A stretch of DNA of 64,000 nt from an uncultured Nitrospiraceae bacterium (GCA_963706325.1 CAVPLT010000007.1:416001-480000), one strand, 5' to 3'; numbered from the stretch's first letter, positions 10,771 through 20,838 are shown. Notes: generated from the letters alone by a model not told the origin. Numbers and translations: made by a program.

Positions 10771-11007
10771 TCACTTTTCCAGAACGTGCTTCTCTGCTGG
10801 TTTAGTGTATTGCTGCAGCCTTTTCTTCGGTCCCGAGCGACCAGGTTGGGCACTGGCGGGAGATGGACTTCGTTGGTGCAGCCAACGAGTGAAGCGCTTG
10901 TACAATGCATCCACCAAGTTATCGATGGCGAGCACAACAGCGCCAATTATGAATAAGCTTAGAACGAGTGCTATCTCCACATTGATGGACATACTATTTA
11001 TTCGCAC
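10771..11007 (-). CDS. Small single-TM hypothetical protein
   Basis: N-terminal hydrophobic helix and basic tail. Confidence 0.4.
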   Translation of the reverse strand: MRINSMSINVEIALVLSLFIIGAVVLAIDNLVDALYKRFTRWLHQRSPSPASAQPGRSGPKKRLQQYTKPAEKHVLEK

Positions 11008-11070
11008 TCACGTTGCGCGTGTGTTGTAAGTGATGCGTACTAACCGAATCGGCTTCTCCACTCAAATGTG

Positions 11071-11118
11071 AGGATGCAGGGGTCAGGAGGCTTTTGCTAG
11101 CCCTGACAGGTGCATCCT
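11071..11118 (-). terminator. Stem-loop downstream of the Cys-ribbon gene
   Basis: AGGATGCA..GTCAGG / CCTGAC..TGCATCCT. Confidence 0.4.
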
Positions 11119-11141
11119 GAATTTCCCTGAGATTCTGACCA

Positions 11142-11387
11142 TCAAGCGACCAGCCGAGTGATCGCCTTCGCTGCCACTTGGCCGGTATAGCCGTTGGCTG
11201 CGTGAGTACTGCAGGTGTTAGCTAGAGACGTGGATCCCTGTAGAGTGCGATTGTTCTGCAAAACGCTATCGAAGACATTGCCACAGTTCATGCAGCGCCA
11301 CGCTTGCAGCCACATGGGGCCGGACGAGTCCTCCATATCCAATAGATAATCTTCGACCATGCAGCCATTGCATCGTGAGCAACTCAT
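11142..11387 (-). CDS. Small zinc-ribbon-like protein
   Basis: GGAGG RBS; CSRC...RCMNCG double CxxC motif. Confidence 0.7.
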   Translation of the reverse strand: MSCSRCNGCMVEDYLLDMEDSSGPMWLQAWRCMNCGNVFDSVLQNNRTLQGSTSLANTCSTHAANGYTGQVAAKAITRLVA

Positions 11388-11930
11388 AATGATGTCCTCC
11401 ATTGTTCAGTGCCTATGTGTAAGCGTAGAACCTGAGCGTCGTCTCGGATAGACCTGAATGAAGTACCCTCTTAGTGGTACCTCTGTGGCAGTCGCTGCCC
11501 CGCTGTGAATATTGCTTCCAACTCTTGATTAACAATTGCGGAGATTTTGTTGGTCATGTGCATGTATGAGTTGGACCGCCATCCGTATGAATGCGGCGAT
11601 GGTGGTGCGGCTTACGGATTAGACCCGCTATTCTTAGAACGAACTCGCGATCCTTAACCTATTAGCTGGGTTGTGAAGTCGCTCTTTTTGTGGATCAGGA
11701 ACAAGAGGTGGAAAAATCTAAAGGGAAAGGCAACGCCTTGTCTGACGTGATGGTCTTCGGAATAATGCCCGCCGTCCAAACACATAATGGACGAATCCCG
11801 TTCCACTCACGTGGCGGGCTAAGGTCGGACTGGGCGAATCGAGTTTGGACGCTCTATGTGCGCGGAGGGGAGTTATTTCGACGTGCTGGTTGCCTGAGAT
11901 GATGATTACCTATGTGTTGCAAGATCCCAC

Positions 11931-12293
11931 CTAGTCCGCCGCCGTAATGATCAGCTCAGATCGTGAATCCTGAAATTCAAACGCCAGGGGGAGGTGTTCG
12001 CCGATCAAATGGCTGAGTCGACCGCGTTCGTCGGCATCCATCATGAGAAGCTCCACTCCGAATCGGCTCCCCTGCACCCACTTCACCTTCGCCAATTTCA
12101 CCATTACGGGTCGATGATGTTCGGGTATGCTTATCTTGAGCGTCAGATGGTCTCCATCCATTAGACTAGGAAGTGTCGTGCGCGAGATCCCGCTGAGGCT
12201 GGTATCAAAGATGCGGCCTTCCTCTGCACAACCCACGGCCAGATGCGAAAGGACGCAATAGACGACGAATTTCGGATGTGAGCGGCCTGCCAT
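11931..12293 (-). CDS. PilZ-domain protein
   Basis: R.HP.F, DTSLSG, AKVKWV..SRFGVE; GGAGG RBS. Confidence 0.7.
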   Translation of the reverse strand: MAGRSHPKFVVYCVLSHLAVGCAEEGRIFDTSLSGISRTTLPSLMDGDHLTLKISIPEHHRPVMVKLAKVKWVQGSRFGVELLMMDADERGRLSHLIGEHLPLAFEFQDSRSELIITAAD

Positions 12294-12648
12294 CCTGTCC
12301 TCCCTGTGGCTTGTGGTCGATGCAGCCCATAGGCTGCATGTGACACTAACTCCTTGAAGCGGCAGCAGATAGTCTCCAAAGTGGGTACTTCAAATGATGG
12401 GTGCCTCATGATATGTGAGATGTCTCATCCGAAATGAAAACGAAACCTGAGGCGGGTCCCAGCAAATGCGTATCTCAAGCGGAGAACAGCTTGCTTCCGA
12501 GTGAATATTACGAGCGGGTAAATTGAAGACTGAAGGTCTTATCAGAACTCATCCCAACCGCAGTGTCTGAATAAATGCCTGCCTGCGCATGCAGGGAGCA
12601 TAAATCGGCCTGATCTAGCCGGGCTCACAAGATCGGCAAAGTTGAGCT

Positions 12649-13197
12649 TTACTGAGGTCTGCCTGTGATGACGAGGTCACGGTCTTGCTCAATCTGGGAT
12701 GCCAGACTGTGAAGGGCTTGGATAGTGGCATCCGCGATTGGTTCCTGATCGGAGGCGGTAGTCCAACGAACGGAGGATCCCATGGCCTCACCTTCCGCTG
12801 CATAGGTCTTGAGGACCGGCTTGCCTGAATAAGAAAGATCGCCCTCCAAATGCACTCTGTACAAATAACGGTCAGGCGCGCGAAGTGTGAGCCACGCTTT
12901 CATAACCAGGCGCATCTCAGCGGGCGCTGCACCAATCACGGTGAAGGTCTGCCGTTGGGTAAAGTACTCGACCGTCGTTTGGCGAAGTTCTTTCACTGGC
13001 CATTCGAGGAGGGTAATCCCCGGCATATGGTCGGGCCCTTCAATGGCGAGGAAGGGCAGATCCAGCTGCACGCTGACGGGGAGGGATGCGGAAGGTGTAT
13101 CAGTTGCTGGCACCATGACGTAAATTCGATGCACGCATCCGTTTCCGAGGAGGCTGACGCCAAGCAACAATGTGATTAATTGATGCCGCATGTCCAT
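12649..13197 (-). CDS. Hypothetical lipoprotein
   Basis: Lipobox-like LLGNGC. Confidence 0.65.
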   Translation of the reverse strand: MDMRHQLITLLLGVSLLGNGCVHRIYVMVPATDTPSASLPVSVQLDLPFLAIEGPDHMPGITLLEWPVKELRQTTVEYFTQRQTFTVIGAAPAEMRLVMKAWLTLRAPDRYLYRVHLEGDLSYSGKPVLKTYAAEGEAMGSSVRWTTASDQEPIADATIQALHSLASQIEQDRDLVITGRPQ

Positions 13198-13222
13198 GAT
13201 TGCGAAGTGTCCAGATACCCCG

Positions 13223-13708
13223 CTACCGTACGGCAGGCGCAGGATTAAGGATGTTCAAGTCGCGGATGGCGCGCGCGGCCTGCTCGCGATAGGTGCGTTC
13301 CGTGGGACCGGCGTATGTGTCAATCACTCGCTGATAGGTCCCGCGCGCTTGGGAATACTGCTTCTTGATCGCTAGATACTGGCCTAGGGCCAGCCAGTTT
13401 TGAGCAGCCGTTTCATTGGCCGTGCGCATATCGGTCCATTCACGGTCGACCTGGTTCGTTTCTGCCTTGTTGACCCGTCGAGTTATGATCTCACCTAATT
13501 GCGCTGAAAGATGTTCGATGGCTTCATTCTCCCGCACAGCGGCCGCGACGCGATCATGTTTTAAGTGATCGTAGAAGGATTCCACATGAACTTTGATGGA
13601 ATCCGCGCGTTTTTCGTGGATGTCATGAGAGCAATGGGCGAGAGTGAGGCATAGAGAAAGTAGCCACAGTCCCTGCCACATCGAGAGCCCTCGTGAGCGA
13701 ATCACCAT
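13223..13708 (-). CDS. Hypothetical lipoprotein with TPR-like C-terminus
   Basis: LAHC lipobox; WLALGQYL...YSQARGTYQRVIDTY helix pair. Confidence 0.7.
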   Translation of the reverse strand: MVIRSRGLSMWQGLWLLSLCLTLAHCSHDIHEKRADSIKVHVESFYDHLKHDRVAAAVRENEAIEHLSAQLGEIITRRVNKAETNQVDREWTDMRTANETAAQNWLALGQYLAIKKQYSQARGTYQRVIDTYAGPTERTYREQAARAIRDLNILNPAPAVR

Positions 13709-13813
13709 CGTCGACTCCTCCCATGTAGAACATTCTCACTACGGTACGGTTAAGCGGAGGGATAATCGATCCTATCCCAGCGAGACCAAGAAACGCGAGG
13801 CCGTCTAGGAGTG

Positions 13814-15784
13814 CTATGAGACAGGTTTTAAGAAGAGCACTGCCAGGGGAGGTAGTGTGAGCGATAGGCAGTGCGAGCGCCCATGGGTCGGTACAATCTC
13901 TGCCACTAGGCCACCGAGATTGCCCAATCCGCTGCCGCCATAGACCGGGGCATCGCTATTCAACAGTTCCTTCCAGTAGCCACCTTGCGGGACGCCGATG
14001 TGGTAGTGCTGGCGCGGCACTGGCGTAAAATTGCAGATGACGGCTATGCTCTGCTGGGGGGACCGCCCATGGCGCAGCAGGCTGATGACTCCGGCGTCCA
14101 CATCCTGGCAGTCGATCCATTCGAACCCGCGCGCGTCAAAGTCGAATTCATGGAGCGCCGGTTCCGTGCGGTAGAGATGGTTGAGGTCGGCCACCCACTG
14201 CTGCAATCCCTGATGGGGAGGGTATTCGAGCAAGTTCCAGTCGAGGCTATCGTCATGCGCCCATTCGCGCCATTGGCCGATCTCTCCTCCCATGAAAATG
14301 AGTTTCTTGGCCGCTTGCGCATACATGTATCCGAAGAGCGTCCGGAGATTGGCGAATTTCTGCCAATCATCGCCCGGCATTTTCCGCAGGAGCGAGCCCT
14401 TGCCATGGACCACTTCGTCGTGGGAGAGCGGAAGCAAAAAATTCTCCTGAAAAGCATAGAGCATGCGAAAGGTGAGGTTGCGGTGGTGATGTTTACGATA
14501 GACCGGATCAAGCGCCATGTACTCCAGCGTGTCATGCATCCAGCCCATATCCCATTTCATCCCGAATCCCAGTCCTCCCGCGTAGGTGGGGCGCGAGACG
14601 GAGGGCCATGAGGTGGATTCCTCGGCAAAAGTTTGCACATCCGGGTGTCGACGATAGATCTCTTCATTCATTTGTCGCAGGAAGGCGATCGCCTCAAGGT
14701 TTTCTCGGCCACCATATCGGTTGGAAATCCATTCGCCTTCTTTGCGGGAGTAATCCAGATACAACATGGAGGCGACAGCATCCACGCGTAGCCCGTCGGC
14801 ATGATATTGCTCGAGCCAAAAGAGAGCGCTGCTGATCAGGAAACTGCGGACTTCATTGCGGCTGTAGTTGAAGACAGCGGTGTCCCAGTCCGGATGGAGG
14901 CCTTGCCGCGGATCCGCATGTTCGAAGAGATGAGTGCCGTCGAATCGGCTCAGGCCATGCGCATCAGTCGGAAAATGCGAGGGAACCCAGTCCAGGATCA
15001 CGCCGATCTCATGTTGATGGAGCTGGTCTATGAGATACATAAGGTCCTGCGGCGTACCGTAGTTGCCGGAAGGCGCAAAGTAGCCTGTCGTCTGATACCC
15101 CCAGGAACCAAAAAATGGGTGGTCCATGAGAGGAAGAAATTCCACATGCGTGAAACCCAGTCGCTGCACGTACTCGATCAGTTTCGGGGCGGCTTCCCGA
15201 TAGCTCAGTGACCGGTTGCCTTCGCTTGGCACACGCATCCAGGAGCCGAGGTGTACTTCGTAGATGCTGATTGGTGCGTTGAGCCCATTATGCCGCGCGC
15301 GACTCCCCATCCAGGATTCGTCCTGCCAGGCATAGTCTAGTGACCAGACGACCGAGGCGGATTTCGGTGGAATCTCATTCAGTCTGGCAAACGGATCGGT
15401 CTTGATGAGCTCGGCGCCGTGATGCCGTGATCGAATATGAAATTTATAGAGCGCGCCAATCCCGACCCCGGATATGAATCCTTCCCAAATGCCTGATGAC
15501 TGGCAGGGGCGAAGAGGGTGACGAGAGGGGTCCCAATGATTAAAGGTTCCGAAGACCGAAACCAGTTCAGCCGCCGGAGCCCAGACGGCAAAATAGGTTC
15601 CCTCGACTCCATCCACAGTCGTGGGGTGCGCACCGAGTTTGTCATAGAGGTGAAAATGGGACCCTTCATTAAATAGATAGAGATCGTCCGCCGTCAGGAG
15701 GCTCACGACTGCGGGCGTGACGTCGTTCTGCTGCGTGGTGGTCCCGGGGCGGTCGCCTATGCCATGATTTGAAAGTGGATCCAT
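13814..15784 (-). CDS. glgB: 1,4-alpha-glucan branching enzyme
   Basis: IYEVHLGSW, GSWGYQ, DWVPSHFP, DGLRVDAVASMLY, PLSHDEVVHGK. Confidence 0.96.
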   Translation of the reverse strand: MDPLSNHGIGDRPGTTTQQNDVTPAVVSLLTADDLYLFNEGSHFHLYDKLGAHPTTVDGVEGTYFAVWAPAAELVSVFGTFNHWDPSRHPLRPCQSSGIWEGFISGVGIGALYKFHIRSRHHGAELIKTDPFARLNEIPPKSASVVWSLDYAWQDESWMGSRARHNGLNAPISIYEVHLGSWMRVPSEGNRSLSYREAAPKLIEYVQRLGFTHVEFLPLMDHPFFGSWGYQTTGYFAPSGNYGTPQDLMYLIDQLHQHEIGVILDWVPSHFPTDAHGLSRFDGTHLFEHADPRQGLHPDWDTAVFNYSRNEVRSFLISSALFWLEQYHADGLRVDAVASMLYLDYSRKEGEWISNRYGGRENLEAIAFLRQMNEEIYRRHPDVQTFAEESTSWPSVSRPTYAGGLGFGMKWDMGWMHDTLEYMALDPVYRKHHHRNLTFRMLYAFQENFLLPLSHDEVVHGKGSLLRKMPGDDWQKFANLRTLFGYMYAQAAKKLIFMGGEIGQWREWAHDDSLDWNLLEYPPHQGLQQWVADLNHLYRTEPALHEFDFDARGFEWIDCQDVDAGVISLLRHGRSPQQSIAVICNFTPVPRQHYHIGVPQGGYWKELLNSDAPVYGGSGLGNLGGLVAEIVPTHGRSHCLSLTLPPLAVLFLKPVS

Positions 15785-15944
15785 AGGTGCAGAGTACTGT
15801 GCATCGGGGCAGGGCGTCAATCAGCTGGCATGATCCGATGAAAGCTATTTGTCCGTAGCGGGAGCAGACAGTATCCACGATCAAGCTAGTGACACCTCTC
15901 AAGCAAGTATGGTATGAATCACCCGCTCGTAGGCGTCTCTGTGC

Positions 15945-16022
15945 GTCCCCATCGTCTAGCCTGGCCTAGGACATTGCCCTTTCAAGGCAGTAACACGGGT
16001 TCAAATCCCGTTGGGGACACCA
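15945..16022 (+). tRNA. tRNA-Glu (TTC)
   Basis: Acceptor stem GTCCCCA/TGGGGAC, anticodon loop CT-TTC-AA, GGTTCAAATCC T-arm, encoded CCA. Confidence 0.96.
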
Positions 16023-16092
16023 GCCTAATAAACCCCGCACCAGCATTGGCGATTCAGCGTTTGGCTGTGATGTGTAGAAGGAGCTACACTTC

Positions 16093-17636
16093 ATGCCTAA
16101 ACTTTTACTGCATCGCGGCACCCTCTACCAGCGCTCAATAATCCCGAAATCACTACGGCACTTCTTCGACGGCAAGGTACAATCGTGGCGTAGTCTCCGG
16201 ACATTGGATAGGGAGTTGGCAGGGGTGCGCTCGGCTCGGCTGGAGTACGAGGCGAGGCGTTTATTTTACACTTTGGAGCATTCCACGATGGAAAAGGCTC
16301 AGATCGCGGCACTTATCCGGCAGTGGCAGGACACGGCGCTTGAAGCTGGAGAGGACGAACGGATAATAAACAGCCCCCTCTCGTCGAACAGAATCGACTC
16401 GGCAGAGACGGCACTCTCGGTGGCACTTGAAGAAACCCACGAGGCATTGGTATCCGGAGAGTATGGTGCAGTGGCCGGTGAAGTGGACGAACTACTGGCA
16501 GCGCACAACCTCACTCGGCTCGATCACGGCTCAGAGTCGTACAAGCGGCTGGCGAGGGAACTGCTCAAGGCAAAGGTGGAAGTGTTTCGGGTTGAGTTAG
16601 AGCGATGGCAAGGGGAGTACCGACACAATGGCTCAGCGGCGGTGCATTCTCCCATCCCATCGGCCAAGGAACGGACACCTAGCAAACCCTTCTCGGAAGT
16701 CGCGGCCCTCTACTTCAAGGAACACAAGCGTGCTCAGAGGACTGACGAACAGATTCAATCAAGTTTCAAGAAGTTCCTCGTGATCATCGACGGTAACAAG
16801 CCCATCGGTGACATCACGAAGGCTGACTGTCGGCAGTACAAGGAGACGCTGCTCAAGTCTGTTGGCATCGCCACAGTGAATAAGAATTTACACAACCTCT
16901 CGCACCTGTGGAATTGGGCGCTCGGGCAGGGGTTCGTTCAAGAGGGAAGCACATCGCCGGTTGCGGGACTGTTGATCAACAAGAGGCTAGCAAAGAAAGA
17001 GAAGCTACAGCGCAAGCCCTTCACTGATTCAGACCTCGCGGCTATCCTCGGCCACAAGGAATTTTTATCACAGCGGGTAGACTGTCCTGAGCGGTACTGG
17101 CTCGTGCTGTGTCTCCTGCTCTCGGGTGCTCGACGCGAAGAGATCGCACAACTTGCCGTTGCCGACATTCAGCACGCGGACGGTATTCACTACTTCGACA
17201 TCACCAACGAAGGCGAGTCTCAGTCGCTCAAGAACCAAGGCAGCAAGCGGTGGGTGCCCATTCACTCAGAGTTAGTGCGCCTCGGATTCATTGACTACGT
17301 AGGGAAGCAACGGCGCGGCGGTCGCTTGTTCCCACAACTGGAGAAAGGCAGCAACGGGTATGGTGACGCGGTTGGGAAGTGGTTCGGGCGGCTGCTTCGC
17401 CAGTTCCTCCGCATTACCGATCCAGGGCTTGTGCTGCATTCGACTCGGCACACAGTTATCACGAGGCTACATGCGGCGGGTGTGCCTACGAACCTCGTTG
17501 AGATATTGGTAGGTCACGCGAGTAACACGGTCCACGGCACTGTCTACGTACATCGTGAGGACATCCGCTCAAGTTGTTGGCTGATGCGCTTGAGCGGTTG
17601 GTCTATCCTGCCTTAAAGACATTGGAAGCGGCGTGA
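16093..17636 (+). CDS. Tyrosine recombinase/integrase with DUF6538-like N-terminus (probable -1 frameshift near 17566)
   Basis: SGARREEI (R), LKN (K), HSTRH, VGH, GTVY catalytic residues; the ORF as read ends at 17616 and the alternative frame ends at 17636. Confidence 0.9.
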
Positions 17637-17980
17637 TGTATTATCTCCGCAATTCCTGGGGAGGGGGGCATAGGAAGAGAATTTCCATTGTTCTCGCCAT
17701 TTTGATTCTAACTCTATCGGGCTGCTCCCACATCAAGGTCGTTTCGTTCGACAAGCGACATAATACCGTCACCATTCAGGGCGGCAAGTGGGCTTCTGAT
17801 GAGGATTATCAGAAAGCCGCCGATGAATATTGTCATCAACCAGCCACCTTGCTTGCAATGAACGAAACGACTGTGGGCACTTATACGAACACGAATGCTC
17901 AGTTCTATGGTAGGTCTGCAAATGCACAGGCAACGAGTATGGGAATTGCCAGGTACAATAAGACGTTTACTTGTTCTTGA
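17636..17980 (+). CDS. Small lipoprotein, element cargo
   Basis: ILTLSGC lipobox. Confidence 0.65.
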   Translation: MYYLRNSWGGGHRKRISIVLAILILTLSGCSHIKVVSFDKRHNTVTIQGGKWASDEDYQKAADEYCHQPATLLAMNETTVGTYTNTNAQFYGRSANAQATSMGIARYNKTFTCS

Positions 17981-18015
17981 TTTCCTTTCCAACCAGAGTT
18001 CAAGTCTCTACTTGT

Positions 18016-18363
18016 TCAAGTAATCATCAGCGAACGGTAAGCCTTCTTCATCGCTCTCCGCAGTCTGCTGTACGCGGCACGCTTGGCCAACAACTCGGGC
18101 GTTCGTCGTTTCTTGTAGTTCGCACGCTCCCGCTTGAGTGACTTGGTGAGGTTCTTCAATCGACTCTTGCGGACAGCCTCACGGGTCGCCTCCGGACTCT
18201 TCTTGGCCCACTCTGCATTGATCGCCTTCGCCTTTACAGGGTCAGCCTTGTACGTAGCCTTGCTCCGTCTCCGGACTGCTTTGGCCTTCTGTCGTTGGAA
18301 TCCTGGCTTGTCCTTGAGCTTGTGATGGTAGACACGAGGGAGGGACTTCTTAGTGGCAGACAT
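18016..18363 (-). CDS. Very basic helical protein, phage-like
   Basis: AAGGAAG RBS before ATG 18363; K/R-rich. Confidence 0.5.
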   Translation of the reverse strand: MSATKKSLPRVYHHKLKDKPGFQRQKAKAVRRRSKATYKADPVKAKAINAEWAKKSPEATREAVRKSRLKNLTKSLKRERANYKKRRTPELLAKRAAYSRLRRAMKKAYRSLMIT

Positions 18364-18547
18364 AGAGCACTTCCTTTGCGTTTGGGCTGGTACGTACTTG
18401 GCCCTTGCGGCCTTCGATTGGCAGCATGACGAATCGGCCACCCTCGAGACTGGGCCGGTAGGGTGCGTAGAATTTCCCGAGAGGACTGTACGGCACGTTG
18501 AGGTCAATGTCGGTATCGAACAAGGCTAACAAGTCGCGGTTCTTCAT
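18350..18547 (-). CDS. Hypothetical protein
   Basis: AAGGAG RBS; short overlap with the next gene. Confidence 0.5.
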   Translation of the reverse strand: MKNRDLLALFDTDIDLNVPYSPLGKFYAPYRPSLEGGRFVMLPIEGRKGQVRTSPNAKEVLYVCH

Positions 18548-18716
18548 TGGCTCTCCTTCAATTTTGCTGTTGAGCGATGTAGCCTCGTGTGCTACAAGAT
18601 TTCACGTATGAATCGGCGCTTCCATCCCAAGCACAGCGTTTCCAACAGAGGTAGAAATTGTGCTCAATCATGGATAACCAAGGGCAGTGGTCGGGATCGC
18701 TGAAAGCTCAGGAGTA

Positions 18717-19265
18717 ATGGATGAAATCCTCAAGGATCTTCATGATCCACGGTGGTGGTTCACCGCAATCTTAATTGCAATTCTGGTCAGCATCCTCGCG
18801 GGGTTCCTTAAGGATGCAACCTCGCGGTGGATAGCTCGTTACTCAGACTGGTATCGGAAAAGAAGGGCGGCAACTCTGGCAAGGCGGGAGTTTCAGTTGG
18901 AGATGCTTGTTTCAAATCCAAACTTGTTATCCGCTCACAATTCGTTCACCATCACACGACTACTGATGTTCGTGATGATGTCTGCGGTGTTCCTTTACAT
19001 GCCTATTTTTATCGAACTGTCGTTCAGCGGCCAGTCGCCTTACTTCACCAAGAGTCGTCCTGCGGATTTCACGCTGATGAATTCAGCGCTTCGCACGTTC
19101 TTCATGCTGGTAGGGATCGTCTGCACCTGTCTTGGCTACTCCGCCATGTCCTCCCTCGCAGTAACCAGTCGGGCCTACCGTGAGCTTATCCGTCGGCATC
19201 TGGCAGTACTCAGAGAAGAGGAGGAGCAACGTGGGCAGGTGATGGCACACGACCGGCCTGAATAG
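18717..19265 (+). CDS. Hypothetical membrane protein
   Basis: Three hydrophobic segments; AGGAG RBS. Confidence 0.65.
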   Translation: MDEILKDLHDPRWWFTAILIAILVSILAGFLKDATSRWIARYSDWYRKRRAATLARREFQLEMLVSNPNLLSAHNSFTITRLLMFVMMSAVFLYMPIFIELSFSGQSPYFTKSRPADFTLMNSALRTFFMLVGIVCTCLGYSAMSSLAVTSRAYRELIRRHLAVLREEEEQRGQVMAHDRPE

Positions 19266-19472
19266 TGTTCGGCGGTTCGTGCGACAATACGCCACAGCGT
19301 AGGGGCCTACCGGATTTCCGATAGACCCCAATCTGCCGTGATTCTCGCTCGCCATTTGCGCTGTCCTTATACGTACTTCTATCAACTCCTCATTAGACAT
19401 ATCGCACTTCCAAGCCTGCCGTGTTCCACTGTGCTGATTGACCTCTCCTCAAGGAAAGGACGCGGCACAGGC

Positions 19473-19568
19473 ATGGATGACCGTGATTACTGGATATATG
19501 GCGCGGTGGTGGTGGCGGTGGTGGTGGCGGTGCTTTGGATTGTAGTACTCGCTTGGATGGTGTGGTGA
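19473..19568 (+). CDS. 31-aa hydrophobic single-TM peptide
   Basis: AAGGA RBS; MDDRDYWIYGAVVVAVVVAVLWIVVLAWMVW; abuts the next ATG. Confidence 0.45.
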   Translation: MDDRDYWIYGAVVVAVVVAVLWIVVLAWMVW

Positions 19569-19751
19569 ATGGAAAACGTCCGTCAAGAACTCCAAGACTT
19601 CGCGCGCGTGTGTGAGTCCCTGCTATCTACCTGGGACGACAAACCACCCATGAACATCGCTGAACTCTCCGTCGTTTGTTATTATGCATCGTCCATGATG
19701 GATCGCTGCAAGGCTCTCATCGCTGGCAAGAATGAGCAGAGGCCCCAGTAG
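19569..19751 (+). CDS. Small hypothetical protein
   Basis: ATG immediately follows the upstream stop; helical 60 aa. Confidence 0.5.
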   Translation: MENVRQELQDFARVCESLLSTWDDKPPMNIAELSVVCYYASSMMDRCKALIAGKNEQRPQ

Positions 19752-19962
19752 ATCGATCCACCAAGGGTCAGTCCATCCAAGTGTGTTTCTCGACTCATTA
19801 GCTTCAACGAGGAAGGCCGGGAATGGATCTACGTATCACCAAAAGGGCGGTAGGTATTCCATCAAGGCCGTAACGCTTGGGGAGTGGACGATCAGTGTGG
19901 TGGACTTGCCGTGATGCTCGGCTAACTGCGGTGCTGATCCTGTTCCAATGAACGTCGGGAGG

Positions 19963-20145
19963 TTAGTCTTTTGCAGATTCAAAACGGAGTTGCTGTTCAT
20001 CGTATTCCACTCGTGCTCTTAAGCCCTCATCCACTAATCGGCTCTCCGTTAGCCGACCATTGATTGCTCGGAGCTTGGTTACGCGTTCCTTGAGCGACTT
20101 ATCAACATAGTCGAATACTTTGGCCGAGTGTTTTACCCACGTCAC
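19963..20145 (-). CDS. Small putative DNA-binding (ribbon-helix-helix-like) protein
   Basis: GGAGG then GTGA overlap with the upstream ORF; YVDKSLKERV..L...TESRLVDEGL pattern. Confidence 0.45.
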   Translation of the reverse strand: MTWVKHSAKVFDYVDKSLKERVTKLRAINGRLTESRLVDEGLRARVEYDEQQLRFESAKD

Positions 20146-20450
20146 CCTCCACCCGTAACTCCATGGACGATTGCGGCAGGCACCTCTGACACCAGCGAGT
20201 CCGGTTTGGCGGCTGCTTCATCGGGCCGAATTTCAGACGTTTTTCTCTTCTCCGCGTCCAACGACTTGTAGATTAATAATTTGAACGATGTCAACCCATA
20301 ACTGGTTGTGTCTTTGTCAGGGTTTTGCTCCCAAACCCAGTTGCAAGCGCGACATTTCGTCCTGAAGGACAATACCTCCGACCCTCTTTCCCAGTAGCTG
20401 TTAGCTAGAGTCCTTTGGTCTATTTCCCAATCATGTGGGTGACGAGAAAT
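20142..20450 (-). pseudogene. Probably 5'-truncated ORF with CxxC
   Basis: Open frame with CRAC; no start codon outside the overlapping RcsF-like gene. Confidence 0.35.
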
Positions 20451-20451
20451 T

Positions 20452-20838
20452 CTACCTTGCGAATTTAATGGCTTGCCCGGTGCACGTAATACTTTTCCAG
20501 CATCGATTGAAGAAGGTCCTCCCTCGCGGAGCATCGCACTTGACATTCTTAACGCCGTCGGCCGCATGATCCTTTGCCCAATATTTCGCCTCGTTTATCG
20601 CATCTGTCTCGGTCGCCGCTCGGTCATCTCTCCTAAATTGGCACGAGGTCCCCGCCACACCATCGATGACGACATGCTCTTTCCCTGTCAGGTCGCTTTC
20701 GGTGTAAGCGGGCAGTTTGACCACGGCGTCACGGGCATCAGCAGAGAGCGACTCCATCTTTGTGACGGGAGCGCCAGTCGCGATACAACCTTCTATCAGG
20801 ACTATAGCTAGTAGCAAACCAGGACGCGTAATGAGCAT
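20452..20838 (-). CDS. RcsF-like outer-membrane lipoprotein
   Basis: GGAGG RBS, IEGC lipobox, V.GTSCQ..A.....ADGV..VKC..C.KSITCTGQAIK four-Cys pattern. Confidence 0.6.
   Translation of the reverse strand: MLITRPGLLLAIVLIEGCIATGAPVTKMESLSADARDAVVKLPAYTESDLTGKEHVVIDGVAGTSCQFRRDDRAATETDAINEAKYWAKDHAADGVKNVKCDAPRGRTFFNRCWKSITCTGQAIKFAR

Larger units (their letters stand above)
16023..20450. mobile_element. Integrated element or prophage remnant at tRNA-Glu (right boundary uncertain)
   Basis: Integrase directly after the tRNA 3' end, followed by small orphan ORFs; no attR found. Confidence 0.65.

Noticed and set aside
15914..16141. 75-aa ORF over the tRNA
   Set aside because: Shadow ORF of tRNA-Glu.
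19083..19400. 105-aa minus-strand ORF in the integrated element
   Set aside because: Overlaps a better-supported membrane protein gene by about 180 nt and has no motif.
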